Assembly (NCBI RefSeq): GCF_000020385.1
Contig: NC_010814.1
Coordinates: forward strand, 150,001 to 182,000
Length of the DNA: 32,000 bases
Source of the DNA: Trichlorobacter lovleyi SZ
Lineage (GTDB): Bacteria > Desulfobacterota > Desulfuromonadia > Geobacterales > Pseudopelobacteraceae
Direction of reading: 5' to 3'
Below are positions 31,609 to 32,000 of this stretch, piece by piece. The notes beneath the pieces are model-generated. The model was given only the letters and a program-made list of their open reading frames with translations. It was not told where the DNA came from and did no database searches. Positions within the stretch are counted from its first letter, which is position 1. Every line of letters begins with the position of its first letter. The position numbers and the translations under genes were made by a program.

Positions 31609-32000
31609 ATGCAAGAAATAACAGGGAACAAAACCATCGGTGAGATTGTCGCAACAGATTTCAGGACTGCCACAGTATTTGAAAAACACGGCATCGATTT
31701 TTGCTGCGGTGGCAAGGTTGCTCTCGCGGCAACTTGCACAGAGAAAAGACTCGATCTTAACACGATAACAAGCGAACTTGAGGCGGTGCAGAATGAACCT
31801 GTTGAACGGGACCAGAATTATTCATCATGGTCGCTGCCGTTTCTTGCCGACTATATCGTCAATACGCACCATGTTTATCTCAAGGAGAATGATGAGCAGA
31901 TTGCCGCTTATGCCCGAAAGATTGCCGGTGTTCATGGGGCACACCACCCTGAGGTAATCCGGATCGCGACAATTTTCGAGAAGATCGCAACCGACATGGT
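31609..32000 (+). CDS. ric: Iron-sulfur cluster repair di-iron protein (RIC/YtfE/ScdA family), 5' part, runs off the window
   Basis: MQEITGNKTIGEIVATDFRTATVFEKHGIDFCCGGKVALAATC… is the ScdA_N/DUF542 signature, followed by the start of a hemerythrin-like domain (…ADYIVNTHH…). AAAGGAG RBS. Confidence 0.85.
   Translation, partial: MQEITGNKTIGEIVATDFRTATVFEKHGIDFCCGGKVALAATCTEKRLDLNTITSELEAVQNEPVERDQNYSSWSLPFLADYIVNTHHVYLKENDEQIAAYARKIAGVHGAHHPEVIRIATIFEKIATDM

Noticed and set aside
1-32000. Scanned for CRISPR arrays, tRNA/tmRNA cloverleaf-like segments, rRNA, and integrase/recombinase or conjugation genes.
   Set aside because: I saw no regularly spaced short repeats, no tRNA-like structure at island boundaries (the target is comM, not a tRNA), and no ORF with recombinase motifs. 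A by-eye search cannot exclude small ncRNAs.

Overview
The window has two parts.

**1 to about 14.7 kb: GC-rich, core-like chromosome.** The taxon is my guess from gene content, CIRCE and selenocysteine use: a Desulfuromonadales/Geobacter-like deltaproteobacterium.
- Genes: thpR, rnk, and a short MreB/EutJ-like actin-fold gene.
- A long minus-strand operon: tetR, RND adaptor, RND pump, DUF559, fused pabB-pabC, TolC-family OMP.
- A small low-GC islet with an orphan HipB-like HTH, an FRG-domain protein and a 70-aa ORF.
- Then an exported MBL-fold hydrolase, mscL with a zinc-ribbon tail, a YbcJ-like S4 protein, and the 3' third of comM.

**14.7 to 32 kb: lower-GC accessory DNA inserted in comM.** The same roughly 85-bp junction plus a tandem-HTH XRE gene occurs three times (14695, 19086, 29007). 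Each copy sits directly against comM 3' sequence: a host-like copy, a decayed stub, and a divergent full copy. A fourth left end survives as a stub at about 26200. I read this as tandem accretion of at least four integrative islands. No integrase lies in the window, and the 5' part of comM must lie beyond 32000.

Cargo by island:
- **E1:** ybiI-like zinc finger, Fe-alcohol dehydrogenase and a YqhC-like AraC regulator, plus a 1-kb ORF-free AT-rich stretch.
- **E2a:** a self-regulated proteostasis module. It has a RpoH-family sigma behind a CIRCE-like operator, three Hsp20 genes behind a sigma32-type promoter, cbpA-cbpM, a DegS/HtrA-type protease, a Cys-rich membrane protein and a Trx2-type thioredoxin. 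The thioredoxin's first active-site Cys codon is an in-frame TGA followed by a SECIS-like hairpin, so it is probably a selenoprotein that the ORF track splits in two.
- **E2b:** a 508-aa Fic protein with an XRE partner and an IS3-family relic.
- **E3 (runs off the window):** tetR, an exported HCDTMDGP-motif protein, a ferredoxin and a RIC/YtfE di-iron protein.

**Best candidate for a new system:** the comM-targeting island family carrying the CIRCE, sigma32, sHSP, CbpAM, HtrA and Sec-Trx module. The XRE-Fic pair and the HTH-FRG islet are secondary candidates.

I saw no tRNA, rRNA or CRISPR array.
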